From Actinomycetes bacterium (GTDB lineage: Bacteria; Actinomycetota; Thermoleophilia; RBG-16-64-13), in NCBI GenBank assembly GCA_024637035.1, contig JAGXFW010000023.1:217139-281138 (forward strand): a stretch of DNA of 64,000 nucleotides, written 5' to 3'. Below, piece after piece: positions 17,889-27,870 of the stretch; within the stretch, counting starts at the first letter, position 1; every line of letters starts with the position of its first letter. The position numbers and the translations under genes were made by a program. The notes below the pieces were generated by a model. It made no database searches and had not been told where the DNA came from. It saw only the letters and a program-made list of their open reading frames with translations.

Positions 17889-18710
17889 CTAGAACTGGTT
17901 GAAGTCGTGCACGGTCGGCACCAACCACTGTACCCCCCAGAACGAGAGGAACACGAACACAAGGCCGAGAACGGCCACCGCCGCCGACCGCCGCCCACGC
18001 CAGCCCGCGAACGTGCGCAGGTGCAGGTAGAGGGCGTACACGAGGAATGAGATCAACGACCACACCTCGACGGGGTCCCAGCTCCAGTAGCTGCCCCAGA
18101 GATCGTTGGCCCAGATGGCACCCGAGGCGATCATGACCGCCTCGAAGATGAACCCGGCCACCACCATGCGATACGAGAGGTCCTCGAGTGCGTCGCCTTC
18201 CGGCAGGCCGGCGCGCACCCGCACGGTCGCCCCCCAGCTCTCGCTCAGATAGATGGCACCGGCGCTGAAGGCCAGAACGAAGCACCCGAACGACAGGAAG
18301 GCGAACACCACGTGCACGGCGAGCCAGCCGCTGTCGTATGCGGCGGAAAGCGGCCCGATGGCTGTGGGCGACGTGATCCCGATGCCGAGCGCGAGGATCA
18401 CCGGCGGCATGGCTCCCACCATGAGCGGCCGCAGCCGCGGCGCAAGCAGCACCACACCCACCACCACGACCATAGCGACCCACGAGCCGCTCAGATTGAG
18501 TTCGTACCCATCCCCCACCGGCAGGTGCCCGGACAGGACCCACCGAGCTGCCACCGCCCCCGTGTTCGCGGCAAGACCCGCGGTCACCGCGGCAAGGCCC
18601 ACGCTCCGCCATACCGGTCGCTGGAACACCATGCCCAACAACGTGGCCGCGAAGGCGACCACGTACAGCCCCGTCGTGATCCAGAAGAGCCAGGCTTCGA
18701 TGGGTCTCAC
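17889..18710 (-). CDS. ccsA: System II cytochrome c biogenesis protein CcsA/ResC (heme-handling WWD protein), copy 1
   Basis: Trp-rich WWD motif WGSYWSWDPVEVWS, polytopic, 4-nt overlap with resB. Confidence 0.8.
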   Translation of the reverse strand: MRPIEAWLFWITTGLYVVAFAATLLGMVFQRPVWRSVGLAAVTAGLAANTGAVAARWVLSGHLPVGDGYELNLSGSWVAMVVVVGVVLLAPRLRPLMVGAMPPVILALGIGITSPTAIGPLSAAYDSGWLAVHVVFAFLSFGCFVLAFSAGAIYLSESWGATVRVRAGLPEGDALEDLSYRMVVAGFIFEAVMIASGAIWANDLWGSYWSWDPVEVWSLISFLVYALYLHLRTFAGWRGRRSAAVAVLGLVFVFLSFWGVQWLVPTVHDFNQF

Positions 18711-19879
18711 GCGTTCTCCTCATCACTTGGGGAGCGCCGCCCGCGCACCGCTGTCCAGCTCGCCGGGGCGTACCGTATCAGTAGGCCCAGCAGTCCGATG
18801 ACGAACCCAGCGTACACGACGAACCGACCCGAATCAGCCCTCACGCGTACGGCAGTCCAGCGCCGCAGGTCGCCGAAAGCGAAGTTGTAGCCTCCCACGG
18901 CGACCTCCGACCCGAGGACGGCTGTCCCCGATTCCACCACAGAGCCGTCTTCCCCGAGGAACTCCACCACTATGGCCGGATTCCGCGCCTCAGGCGACAC
19001 CGACACGGCAGCACCGTCGTGGAGCCGGAAGTCGGGCAGCAGTCGCAGCCGTACCGTACCGGGCAACCCCGGAGCCTCCACCACGTCCTCGTACGCACCT
19101 GCGTCCCCTCCGTGCACGGACATGAGCGCCACGTACGCGTCAACCAACACCTCGCCTGCAGGAGAGACCACTGTCAACAGCGGCGAGAAGCCCCAGTCGG
19201 CGTGCGTCAGCACCACGCCCTCGAGTCGCACGGGGCGATTGACTCCGAGAGACCGGGAGACGGTCTCTGCGCCAGGTTCCGCCACGGCCAGCACGCTCTC
19301 TACGGCGGTGGAGACGCCGCCGTCGCTCACCGGACGCGATGATTCGACACCCAACGCATATCCCGGGAGTGCGCCGTCCGCCCACACGCCGCGCCTCAGG
19401 TCCAGGTACTGTTCTTCCCGGGAGAGATCGATCACCTGGCCCTCGGTCGCCACGATCCGCCCATCGATGCTCGACCCCGCCGTCACGACCCCACCCGCCA
19501 GCAGCGCCAGCAGCCCAACGTGGAGCACGAGCGAGCCGCCCAATGCCGCCGCCGCACCACCCCGCGCCTTGCGCGCCAGGATCGTCCGCCGGGTAGTGCA
19601 CGCCACCATGTTCACCGCCAGAGCAGCCAGCAGCACCATGAACGGGATGGACGAGAACGCCTCGAACAGGCCGAGAGGCTCGGCCACGGCCGTCACAATG
19701 GGGTGATCGCTCCTCCACAGGTCGAGAGCGGAATCGCCGACGGTTCCCGCCTGCGGGAGCATGGAGCCCGCGACGCACAGCAAGGTGAAGGCCGCGACGA
19801 CCGCGACGGTGGTCCGCGTGGAATAGAGAGCCCGCACTAGCGGGGCGAACAGGCGCATGATTTCAGGCGACGACTCCAT
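18707..19879 (-). CDS. resB: System II cytochrome c biogenesis protein ResB/CcsB, copy 1
   Basis: Start at MESSPEIMRLF (GGTGGA Shine-Dalgarno). ResB topology: N-terminal TM pair, large periplasmic domain, C-terminal TM. Confidence 0.7.
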   Translation of the reverse strand: MESSPEIMRLFAPLVRALYSTRTTVAVVAAFTLLCVAGSMLPQAGTVGDSALDLWRSDHPIVTAVAEPLGLFEAFSSIPFMVLLAALAVNMVACTTRRTILARKARGGAAAALGGSLVLHVGLLALLAGGVVTAGSSIDGRIVATEGQVIDLSREEQYLDLRRGVWADGALPGYALGVESSRPVSDGGVSTAVESVLAVAEPGAETVSRSLGVNRPVRLEGVVLTHADWGFSPLLTVVSPAGEVLVDAYVALMSVHGGDAGAYEDVVEAPGLPGTVRLRLLPDFRLHDGAAVSVSPEARNPAIVVEFLGEDGSVVESGTAVLGSEVAVGGYNFAFGDLRRWTAVRVRADSGRFVVYAGFVIGLLGLLIRYAPASWTAVRGRRSPSDEENA

Positions 19880-19920
19880 CGGTCCACCGGCGGTCGCGGA
19901 CCGCTCGATCTTCCGGTAGC

Positions 19921-22900
19921 TTATGGGTACGTCCTGGGGCTGGCCAAATGGGCGCAGTCGCCCCCGTAGCAGTTCCCGGCCGTGGGATTGAGCCCGCCGA
20001 GCCACCCACCGTAGAGGAAGGCTTTCGTCGTGATACCAGGGGTCTGGGCACCCGTGCCCGCCGGCCATGTCCAGCTGCCGCCGTGGATGTTGCCCGGACT
20101 GCCGTTCGCCACCGTGGCGCCGTCGGATTCCACCAAGCCGGCGTGGCAGCCCCGACAGGCCATGGTATTGCCGCCGGAAAACACGTGCTGTCCGCGGCTG
20201 TGGTCAACAAAGCGAGAGCCGGTACCGTTCGTTTCGTATACGCTCAGCTTGTGGCAGCGAAGACATAGATCGCGCTGCCCGCCGTAGTTCGGAGATGCGA
20301 TCGTGCCCACATTGGTACGAAGCATGTATCGGTTCGTGTTGCCGTGCCCGGACCAAGCCTCGTGGCAGTCGAAGCAGGAGATCACGTTGTGTGTGTTCGC
20401 CGCCTGATTCCACGGGACCACCATGGTGATGACGTTGCCGTTCGTGGCCGTGGCCGTGGTGTACGGGTTCGTCCCCACACCGCGGACGGCATGGTGGAAG
20501 TTGTTCGTGGTGGCGAAGGCGCTGAAGATGTTGGGCACATCCCGCGTGTTGCTGCTGAACGGCCGCGCTGCCGTGCCGCCGGGTGAGACGCGGGCGCCCG
20601 CGCTGCTGGCGCCATCCGAATCGTGACACTTGAAGCACAGGTTGTTCTGCACGTTGGTGACCCAGGCTTCCAGAGTGTTCGAGGCGGTGTTGCGGGTGAA
20701 GGAAGTGACGGCGGTCGCGATGGCGGCGCCGGTGTCGGGATCGCGGAAGTTGATGGCGTTGTTCTTATGGTTCGCCGAGATGATGTTGCCCGTGGCCGGG
20801 TCGCCCTCCATGTGGCACACGCCGCAGTCCTTGTCGGTGACCGCACCGCCCATGACGTGGCGACCGGTCAGCGAGAACTCGCCCGTCATCGCGCGCCGGG
20901 TGGGCGCCCCGTCGGCGTTGTCCTGCGCGACCGCGTGACAGCCCACGCAGCTGCCGCCTCGGTTCGGGCGGTGCACGTTGTACCCGGTGGCGGCGGTCGG
21001 TGCCGCGTAGCTGTTGCCGTGACAGTCGTAGCAGCTCACCGTGGGCGTGACCCGGTTGGTCTCGCCGTGAGCGGTGATCCCGGTGATGAGCGAGAGCTTA
21101 TTGGCGGCCGTACGCCGATCGAGGCCCTCAATCGAGGTGAGTTCGCCCGCGGGGATGGTATTCGCAAGAGCGTCCCCGCTACCCGTCACTCGCTGCCAGG
21201 GCAGGTGGCACTTGAAGCAGAAGTTCACGACCCCAGCCGTGGTCGTGGTGTCGATGTTCGACCACTGCTCGTCGGAGATGAGCTTGGTGTTGGCCTGCGT
21301 GCCGTTGTTGCCCTTCGACCCGTGGGGATTGTGGCAGTCGTAGCAGGGGAGCGGCGCGCCCACGGGCAGGTTGCCGCCGGCAGTGAAGATGCGGTGGCCG
21401 CCGGTGTAGTCGGCGCCGGTAAGGCTGTAGTCGTACGAGACGTACTGGAGGATGTTCTTCGTCGACGGGCTGCCGTCATGACAGGTGATGCACAGCAGGG
21501 CGTACGTGCCGTTCTGGCGGTCGGACTGGGCGGTTGCTACGTCTGGGGTCGGCCGGTACGTAGCCACGAGCGCGTCGTAGGTGGCCGTGTTGCGGTGAGG
21601 GGCGTGGCAGTTGCGACAGTCACCAGAGGCGCGGCCCGAGGCCGGCCAGATGACGTTCACCGAAGTGGTCGGGTTGTGCGGGTTGAACGTGGTGTTGTTG
21701 TACGCGGTACTGCCGGGGTAGGTGCCCAGGGTGGGGTAGCCGTTGGCTGCCCGCGTGGGCCGCGCCGCGTTGATGCCGCCCGATGGATACGGGTAGGTCG
21801 GCACGGCCCAGCTGAACGCGTCGTTGTGACACGCCTGACACCACGTGTAGTTGTTGCCGGTCACGGCCGTGGCATTGATGGTGGGCTTGTAGAGTTTCGG
21901 CTTGCCCCCCGCGCCTGAGGCCGGGTAGTGGGCGCCGTGGCACGAGGAGCACCTGCTGGTCAGACCCGGCCCTGGGATCACAACTGAATCGTTCACCTGG
22001 TGGCCGCTCCCGGCGAGCAGGAAGACAGCCTTCATGTTGGTGGCCGCGCCGGTGCCGTCGTGGCACATGTAGCAGACGTCCGCTTCCTGCGACTGCGGGA
22101 AGATCTTGCCCCCGTACGTGGCGGCCGCGGCCGCTCCATGTGGTGAATGGCAGTTCCGGCAGAGGTTGGTCGCGTTCGAATAACCGCCGTGCGGCGTGAT
22201 GCCCGTGAGGGCGGTGGTGAAGCTGCGTGAGAAGGGCGCCCCGAGCGGGTTGCCCGCGAGATCGGCCGCCACGCCCGAGGTCCAGATGGTGTAGACGGTG
22301 TTCACGTCCATCATCTGATCGGGGTAGATGTATACCGTGGTGCGGTCGGCGGCCAGCACAACGCTCCGGATCGGCACCAGCGACGCACCGATGCGCAGCT
22401 GCACATAGTCATCGTCCGTCAGAGTGTTCGGGTCCATCGGTTCGCTGAAGACGACAGTGGCAAAGCTGTTCACCGGCACGCCGGTAGCTCCGCTGGCCGG
22501 TGTGGCGCCGGTGACCATGGGCGGCGTGACATCGGCCGCGGCTGTGGTCTGGAAATTGGCCACGCTTGTCGCCGCCAACGCGAGCCCCGCCGCGTTCTGC
22601 GCACCGGTGGTGACCCGGGTGAAGTAGCGGCGTCCGGTCAGGAGGGCGGCGGTCGGCAAGAAGGCGACGGTGCGCGTTGGGTCGTCGTAGAGGAGAGTGC
22701 CGGCGATCTGCGTGTCGACGGCTAGGTCGAATACCCCGTTGTTGTTGGTATCGAGCCAGAGCTGCACGTTGGCGCCGATGATGGTGGCCGGGTTCATGTT
22801 GTCCGAGAAGATGATATTGGGTGCCACGTTCGTCGGAATGCCCGTGGCCCCGTCGACCGGATTCCGCCCGGTGATGGTGGGTGGCGTGGTGTCGAGGGTG

Positions 22901-25011
22901 ATAGCGTCGGTGACCGAGCCGGTGGTGTTGCCGTGAGAATCACGGTATTGGGCGTAGACGGTCTTGGCGCCGTCGCCCGCGGTCAACGTCCAGGCTGCGC
23001 TCGCGCTATAGGCCTGCCAGCCGGCCCAAACGGCGCCATCGTTGCTGAAGCGCATCTCCATCGGGAGCGACCCATCGGTGACCGTGCTGGTGAGGGTGAC
23101 GCTGGTCGTCGTCGTGTACGCCGCGTTTGCGTTGACGACGAAGCCGGTCACGGTCGGTGGCCGGGTGTCCACGGTGATGGTGGGGTTACCCAGGGACAGC
23201 CCGGTGTTGGCGGCGCCGTCGGTGGCCCGCGCCACGATGGTGCGGGGCGGAGCGTTGTCTTCGCTGGGTAGCGTCCAGGTGTAGCTCCAGGTGACGGTGC
23301 CCGTGCCGGCGCCGGAGGTGCTCGTCGCAAGCGCCCAGGAGGTCCCGCCGTTCACCGACACCTCGACTTGGCTCACCACGACGTTGTCGGTGGCGCCCCC
23401 GGTGATGTTGTAGGTGACACCAGTCAGCACCGCGCCGTTCGCGGGCGCGGCCACCGTGGCGGCGGGCGGAACCGCGTCGGGGCCGGAAGACGTCGTGAAG
23501 CGCCACGTGTAGGCCGCGGCCAGAGGCAGCCCGGCGGCGTTCTGCACCGAGGTGGTCAGTCGGGCGATGTAGGGCGTGCTGGCGAGCAGGTCGATCGTGG
23601 GATCGAGCGTCGCCGTCTTGCTGCCCGCGTTGTAGGTGACCGTGCCGGCCACCTGTACGTCACCGGCGTCGATGACGCTGTTGCCGTTCACGTCGCGCCA
23701 GAGCTGGTAGTTCGTGGTGTTGATCGTGGCGACGTTCATGTCGTCGCTGAAGGTGGCCGTGATGTTCGCCGCCGGATCGACGCCTGTGGCGCCGTTCACC
23801 GGGATCGTAGCGGTGACGGTGGGCGGAGTCGCGTCGAGGATGATGGTGTCGTTCGTGGCGCTGACGTTCAGAGCTACGTCGCGGAACTCGGCGTACACGG
23901 TCTTCACGCCGTCGCCGGCGGTGAGTGTCCAGGCCTTGGTGGCCGCGTAGTTCTCCCACGCTGACCACACCGTGCCGTCGTTGCTGAAGCGCATCTGGAT
24001 GACCTGCCCCTGGGCGGTGCTGCCATCTGTGACGCTGTTGTTCAGGGTGACGGCGGTGGCGGTCGTGTACGCGGCGCCGCCCGCCACCGCGAAACTCGCC
24101 ACGTTGGGGGCCACCCTGTCCACCCACACCTGCCGACTGGCGGTAGGCACTTCGGTGTTGGGCACCGCGTCGCGGGCCCGCGACCAGATGGTGCGCGATA
24201 CGTAGTCGAGTACCGGAACGCTCCACGTCTGGCTCCAGGTGACCGTGGGCGTGCCGGAGCCGGAGGTGACGGTCGCGGCACTCCAGCTGGCTTGGTTGTC
24301 GGTGGAGACGTCCACTTGGCTGATGTTGCTGCCACCCGTGCTCACATCGGTGGCGCCACCGGTGATGTTGTAGGTGGCCGAGGAGATCACGAGGCCGTTG
24401 GCGGCGGGAGTCGAGATGGAAGAAGTGGGCGGCGTGACATCGGACGAGCCGGTGACGGTCACGACGAACGAGCCGCCGTTGCGCGCGCTCCAGTCGCCGT
24501 TCTTGCCCGACTTGCCATTGCCGGCTACTGCGGCGATCCACAGCCGATAGGTACCCGGCGTGGCCGGCGCCGTCCACGTGAAGTTGACGATGGCGCTGGC
24601 CAACAAGGCTGATTGCCGCAATTCGTTCGTGGTCAGTATCGTGATGTTCGGAGTGACGGAAGTAAGGGTTCCGACGCGGGTGCCGCCCGTCGAGGCGGAA
24701 TTGGTGAAGGCGAGATCGATGCCCCAATCGGCCAGGTCCGCGGGCCCCCCGGTGATAGTCACCTGGTAGGCGCCGAGTTGGTTCGTGTTGAGCGCGGTCG
24801 GCCCGGTGATGGAGAGCCCGGCCGTGCCGGATTCGTGGCAACCGCCGGCCCCGCACCCGAGGGCCGTGTCGTAGGCCGTGTAGCCCGTGGAGGATGCCCT
24901 GGCCGGCGCGTCGCCAAGGACCACGATCCATGCGGCCGCCGCGATCACCAGTAGCACGACCGCACCGGCGAGCGCCCAGCCGCCGCGACACGGGAATAAT
25001 CGCACCATCAC
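19921..25011 (-). CDS. giant multiheme c-type cytochrome (1696 aa) with N-terminal S-layer-type Ig-like repeats; 15 CxxCH + 1 CX4CH
   Basis: Signal/anchor MMVRLF...AVVLLVIAAAAWIVV. Repeated ~90-aa modules with TPPTVTATIPVNGATGV...FSDDM (SbsA/Big_5-type signature). C-terminal third carries CRNCH, CYMCH, CSSCH, CQACH, CRNCH, CITCH, CYDCH, CFKCH, CYDCH, CVGCH, CGVCH, CFKCH, CFDCH, CLRCH, CRGCH; N-terminal CGAGGCH. Confidence 0.85.
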   Translation of the reverse strand: MMVRLFPCRGGWALAGAVVLLVIAAAAWIVVLGDAPARASSTGYTAYDTALGCGAGGCHESGTAGLSITGPTALNTNQLGAYQVTITGGPADLADWGIDLAFTNSASTGGTRVGTLTSVTPNITILTTNELRQSALLASAIVNFTWTAPATPGTYRLWIAAVAGNGKSGKNGDWSARNGGSFVVTVTGSSDVTPPTSSISTPAANGLVISSATYNITGGATDVSTGGSNISQVDVSTDNQASWSAATVTSGSGTPTVTWSQTWSVPVLDYVSRTIWSRARDAVPNTEVPTASRQVWVDRVAPNVASFAVAGGAAYTTATAVTLNNSVTDGSTAQGQVIQMRFSNDGTVWSAWENYAATKAWTLTAGDGVKTVYAEFRDVALNVSATNDTIILDATPPTVTATIPVNGATGVDPAANITATFSDDMNVATINTTNYQLWRDVNGNSVIDAGDVQVAGTVTYNAGSKTATLDPTIDLLASTPYIARLTTSVQNAAGLPLAAAYTWRFTTSSGPDAVPPAATVAAPANGAVLTGVTYNITGGATDNVVVSQVEVSVNGGTSWALATSTSGAGTGTVTWSYTWTLPSEDNAPPRTIVARATDGAANTGLSLGNPTITVDTRPPTVTGFVVNANAAYTTTTSVTLTSTVTDGSLPMEMRFSNDGAVWAGWQAYSASAAWTLTAGDGAKTVYAQYRDSHGNTTGSVTDAITLDTTPPTITGRNPVDGATGIPTNVAPNIIFSDNMNPATIIGANVQLWLDTNNNGVFDLAVDTQIAGTLLYDDPTRTVAFLPTAALLTGRRYFTRVTTGAQNAAGLALAATSVANFQTTAAADVTPPMVTGATPASGATGVPVNSFATVVFSEPMDPNTLTDDDYVQLRIGASLVPIRSVVLAADRTTVYIYPDQMMDVNTVYTIWTSGVAADLAGNPLGAPFSRSFTTALTGITPHGGYSNATNLCRNCHSPHGAAAAATYGGKIFPQSQEADVCYMCHDGTGAATNMKAVFLLAGSGHQVNDSVVIPGPGLTSRCSSCHGAHYPASGAGGKPKLYKPTINATAVTGNNYTWCQACHNDAFSWAVPTYPYPSGGINAARPTRAANGYPTLGTYPGSTAYNNTTFNPHNPTTSVNVIWPASGRASGDCRNCHAPHRNTATYDALVATYRPTPDVATAQSDRQNGTYALLCITCHDGSPSTKNILQYVSYDYSLTGADYTGGHRIFTAGGNLPVGAPLPCYDCHNPHGSKGNNGTQANTKLISDEQWSNIDTTTTAGVVNFCFKCHLPWQRVTGSGDALANTIPAGELTSIEGLDRRTAANKLSLITGITAHGETNRVTPTVSCYDCHGNSYAAPTAATGYNVHRPNRGGSCVGCHAVAQDNADGAPTRRAMTGEFSLTGRHVMGGAVTDKDCGVCHMEGDPATGNIISANHKNNAINFRDPDTGAAIATAVTSFTRNTASNTLEAWVTNVQNNLCFKCHDSDGASSAGARVSPGGTAARPFSSNTRDVPNIFSAFATTNNFHHAVRGVGTNPYTTATATNGNVITMVVPWNQAANTHNVISCFDCHEAWSGHGNTNRYMLRTNVGTIASPNYGGQRDLCLRCHKLSVYETNGTGSRFVDHSRGQHVFSGGNTMACRGCHAGLVESDGATVANGSPGNIHGGSWTWPAGTGAQTPGITTKAFLYGGWLGGLNPTAGNCYGGDCAHLASPRTYP

Positions 25012-25913
25012 GACCCCGCCCCCGCGGCGCCGATCGCCTCGAGCTGTGCGGCAAACGCCGGGTCGTCGGGGCGAAGATCAGCGCCGCGCTCGAACGCCAC
25101 TCGCGCTGCCTGCACGTCGCCAGCCTGGAGCCGAGTGAGTCCAAGTTCGAAGAGGATGCCCGGTAGCGCCGCGTCGTCGGGCGGAAGGGCCGCGATCAAG
25201 GACTCCCACTCGACACCCGCGCGCTCGTACTCCCCGACCATGCGCAGAGTGCGCGCCAGTTCCAAGCGGATGGGGACGGAATCAACGTCGAGGGCCGCGG
25301 CAGCCTCGAGGCGCTCCGCCGCCGCCTCAAGGTCGCCCGCGCCCCGAAGAACCAGAGCCAACTGATACAGCGTCTCCGGGTCGGAGCCGTGCTCGGCGAG
25401 CAGGGTCTCGTATCGAGCGGCGGACGAATCGTAGTCTCCGCGCAGCCAACTCACTTGAGCGGCGGCCGCGGCGGCCTCGCGGTCGTCGGGGCGCGCCGTC
25501 AAATACTCTCCCAGCAGGCGCTCGGCCTCATCCAGGCGGCCCACCTCGTACGCCGCGAAGGCGTCGGCCCTGAGACCACCGGCAGTGGCGGGATCGGCCC
25601 CCGTCTCGGTGGCTGTGGAGGCGAGCCCGGGAGCGACAGCCTCCGTGCCCGCGGTGTCCGATTCACTCGCGCCAGAAGGCAGCAACCCAGCCGCCCACAG
25701 CGCGACAAGCCCCGCGACCACGACGGTCACGAGGCCCAGGTAGAGGAGGCCCCTCGGAAGCTTTGCGCTGTCAATCACAAGCTCTTCGAATCGTCTCCGT
25801 TGTCGGCCGGTGGGGGCTACCCCACCCGCACCACCGTGCTTCGCGCGATTGCGGCGCATTCCGCGGCCAGTATACCCAGACCCCGAGTAGGTCGCCACGG
25901 AGAATATCGGCAT
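25008..25913 (-). CDS. membrane-anchored TPR-repeat protein (cluster 1)
   Basis: One TM helix then TPR-like helical repeats; 4-nt overlap with the cytochrome gene. Confidence 0.55.
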   Translation of the reverse strand: MPIFSVATYSGSGYTGRGMRRNRAKHGGAGGVAPTGRQRRRFEELVIDSAKLPRGLLYLGLVTVVVAGLVALWAAGLLPSGASESDTAGTEAVAPGLASTATETGADPATAGGLRADAFAAYEVGRLDEAERLLGEYLTARPDDREAAAAAAQVSWLRGDYDSSAARYETLLAEHGSDPETLYQLALVLRGAGDLEAAAERLEAAAALDVDSVPIRLELARTLRMVGEYERAGVEWESLIAALPPDDAALPGILFELGLTRLQAGDVQAARVAFERGADLRPDDPAFAAQLEAIGAAGAGS

Positions 25914-25936
25914 CGATCGACTACTCGATTAGTCTC

Positions 25937-27025
25937 TCAGTCGAAAGCGCGCACCAATGAGTAGTCCGTACGCCGTTGCGCCGGCACGAAGCCGGCGGCG
26001 CGGATCGCCCGCACGAGATCGTCCGCGCCCACGCTGAACGAAACTCCCGCAGCCGCCACCACGTTCTCTTCGATCATCGTGCTGCCCAGGTCGTTCGCGC
26101 CGAACAGTAGGGCTGTCTGTCCCACCTTGATCCCTTGGGTGACCCACGACGCCTGGATGTTGGCGACGTTGTCCAGATAGAGGCGAGAGACCGCCAGGGT
26201 CGTGAGGTAGTCGACCGCGGTGGCGGGCTCGACGGTACCTTCCAGGGCCGTGTTCCCCTCCTGGAACGTCCAGGGGATGAATGCACGGAAGCCGCCCGTC
26301 TCGTCCTGAAGGTCGCGGATGCGACGCAGGTGCTCCACCCGCTCCTCGAGCGTCTCCACATTGCCGAACATCATGGTGGCAGTGGTGCTCATGCCGAGCA
26401 GGTGGGCCTCCCGCATGACGTCGAGCCACGGTTCGGTGCGGGCCTTCTTGGGCGCCAGCTGAAGGCGCACCCTATCGACGAGGATCTCGGCCCCGCCGCC
26501 CGGCAGCGAGTCAAGGCCTGCGGCCCGAAGTCGCTGCAGGGTGTGCCGCACGGTCAACCCGCTCAAGGAGGCGATGTGGAGCACCTCCGGCGGCGACAGC
26601 GAGTGGATCGTGATGTCGAAGCGCCCCTTGATCGACGTGAAGAGGTCTTCGTAGTAGGTGATGTCGAGCTCCGGGTGGTGACCACCCTGCATGAGGACGG
26701 CAGTGCCGCCCAAGTCGAGGGTCTCCTGTATCTTGGCGAAGATCTCGTCCTTGCTCAGAACGTAGGCACCCTCGGTGTCGGGTGAGCGGTAGAAGGCGCA
26801 GAAGTCGCAGCCCGTGACGCACACGTTGCTGTAGTTGATGTTCCGGTCGATGATGAAGGTGGCACGATCGCCGGGCACCTGGGTCCGCCGGCGCCCGTCG
26901 GCGAGCCGTCCCAGCGTCAACAAGTCGCGGGAGCGCAGGAGCGCGGCCGCGTCAGCGTCGCCCAGACGCTCACCCGCCTCGATCCCGCGCACCAGCGCCG
27001 CATCGATCGCCCCACTGTAGCTCAC
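25937..27025 (-). CDS. radical SAM enzyme of the MqnC/MqnE family (futalosine menaquinone pathway)
   Basis: CVTGCDFCAF CxxxCxxC, MqnC/MqnE-like length and motifs; GTG start at 27025 overlapping the mqnA stop (GTGA). Confidence 0.7.
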   Translation of the reverse strand: MSYSGAIDAALVRGIEAGERLGDADAAALLRSRDLLTLGRLADGRRRTQVPGDRATFIIDRNINYSNVCVTGCDFCAFYRSPDTEGAYVLSKDEIFAKIQETLDLGGTAVLMQGGHHPELDITYYEDLFTSIKGRFDITIHSLSPPEVLHIASLSGLTVRHTLQRLRAAGLDSLPGGGAEILVDRVRLQLAPKKARTEPWLDVMREAHLLGMSTTATMMFGNVETLEERVEHLRRIRDLQDETGGFRAFIPWTFQEGNTALEGTVEPATAVDYLTTLAVSRLYLDNVANIQASWVTQGIKVGQTALLFGANDLGSTMIEENVVAAAGVSFSVGADDLVRAIRAAGFVPAQRRTDYSLVRAFD

Positions 27026-27870
27026 GAAGCGTCCTCCACGCCGAAGAACGCGAGTTCCGGTGCCTCCACCAGCTCTCCGGCTTCGAGGGCCAACTCGTAG
27101 AAGCGCTCGAGCCCACGGCGGTACTCCGTGTCGAACCCATACTTCAGCACCTCGAAGTACCGGTCGAGGCAGGGCTTGTCGAACCTCCACAGGCCTAGGG
27201 CCGAATCGACCACCTCGCCCTTCGCCCCACGGCTTGCTTCGATGGATGCCACCAACTCCCCCTCGACGGCGATCAACTCCGCCTCATGCTTGGCAAAGTA
27301 CTCCCTCCGTGTCGCCCAGACGGCGAACACCATGGGAAGACCGGTCCACTCACGCCACAGGCGACCGAGATCGTGGCACGTCGTACCCCCGGTGGGGAAG
27401 TACATGGCTTGGAGGCCGTCGTCGCCGATGAGAAGCACCGCGTCACTATCGACCAGCGCCTCCTCGGGAGTCGTCGTCAATTCCTCGTAGAGCGGTTCCA
27501 GGCCGTACTTCAGCTTCAGCATGGTCTTCAGGAGGGCTACCGAGGTCGCGCTCTTGGGCGTCAGCGCCACCCTGGTCAACTCCTCGAGCGGCGTGCGGGC
27601 GACCAGCTGGATGCTGTCCACCGCGCCCCGCGAAGAGATGGAGAGCCGGCGGCTGAGCAGGAGCTGGCCGTGGTTGCGCGCGTAGGCGATGGAGCTGATG
27701 GGCCCGAAGTCGATGGTGCCCGAAACCAGCATGCGGTTGAGGTCGGTGGGTACCCCACGCACCAACTCGAACTCGGTAGGGCTCGACACGCCCGCGGCGG
27801 CGCGGCGCTCCAACCCGTGGTAGAGCGGGAAACAGTTCAGAAACTCGATATGACCAACTCGGACGGTCAC
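27022..27870 (-). CDS. mqnA: chorismate dehydratase MqnA (futalosine pathway)
   Basis: ~283 aa after trimming the ORF to the GTG at 27870 (VTVRVGHIEFLNCFPLYHGL, MqnA-like start). GTGA overlap with the upstream radical SAM gene. Confidence 0.65.
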   Translation of the reverse strand: MTVRVGHIEFLNCFPLYHGLERRAAAGVSSPTEFELVRGVPTDLNRMLVSGTIDFGPISSIAYARNHGQLLLSRRLSISSRGAVDSIQLVARTPLEELTRVALTPKSATSVALLKTMLKLKYGLEPLYEELTTTPEEALVDSDAVLLIGDDGLQAMYFPTGGTTCHDLGRLWREWTGLPMVFAVWATRREYFAKHEAELIAVEGELVASIEASRGAKGEVVDSALGLWRFDKPCLDRYFEVLKYGFDTEYRRGLERFYELALEAGELVEAPELAFFGVEDAS

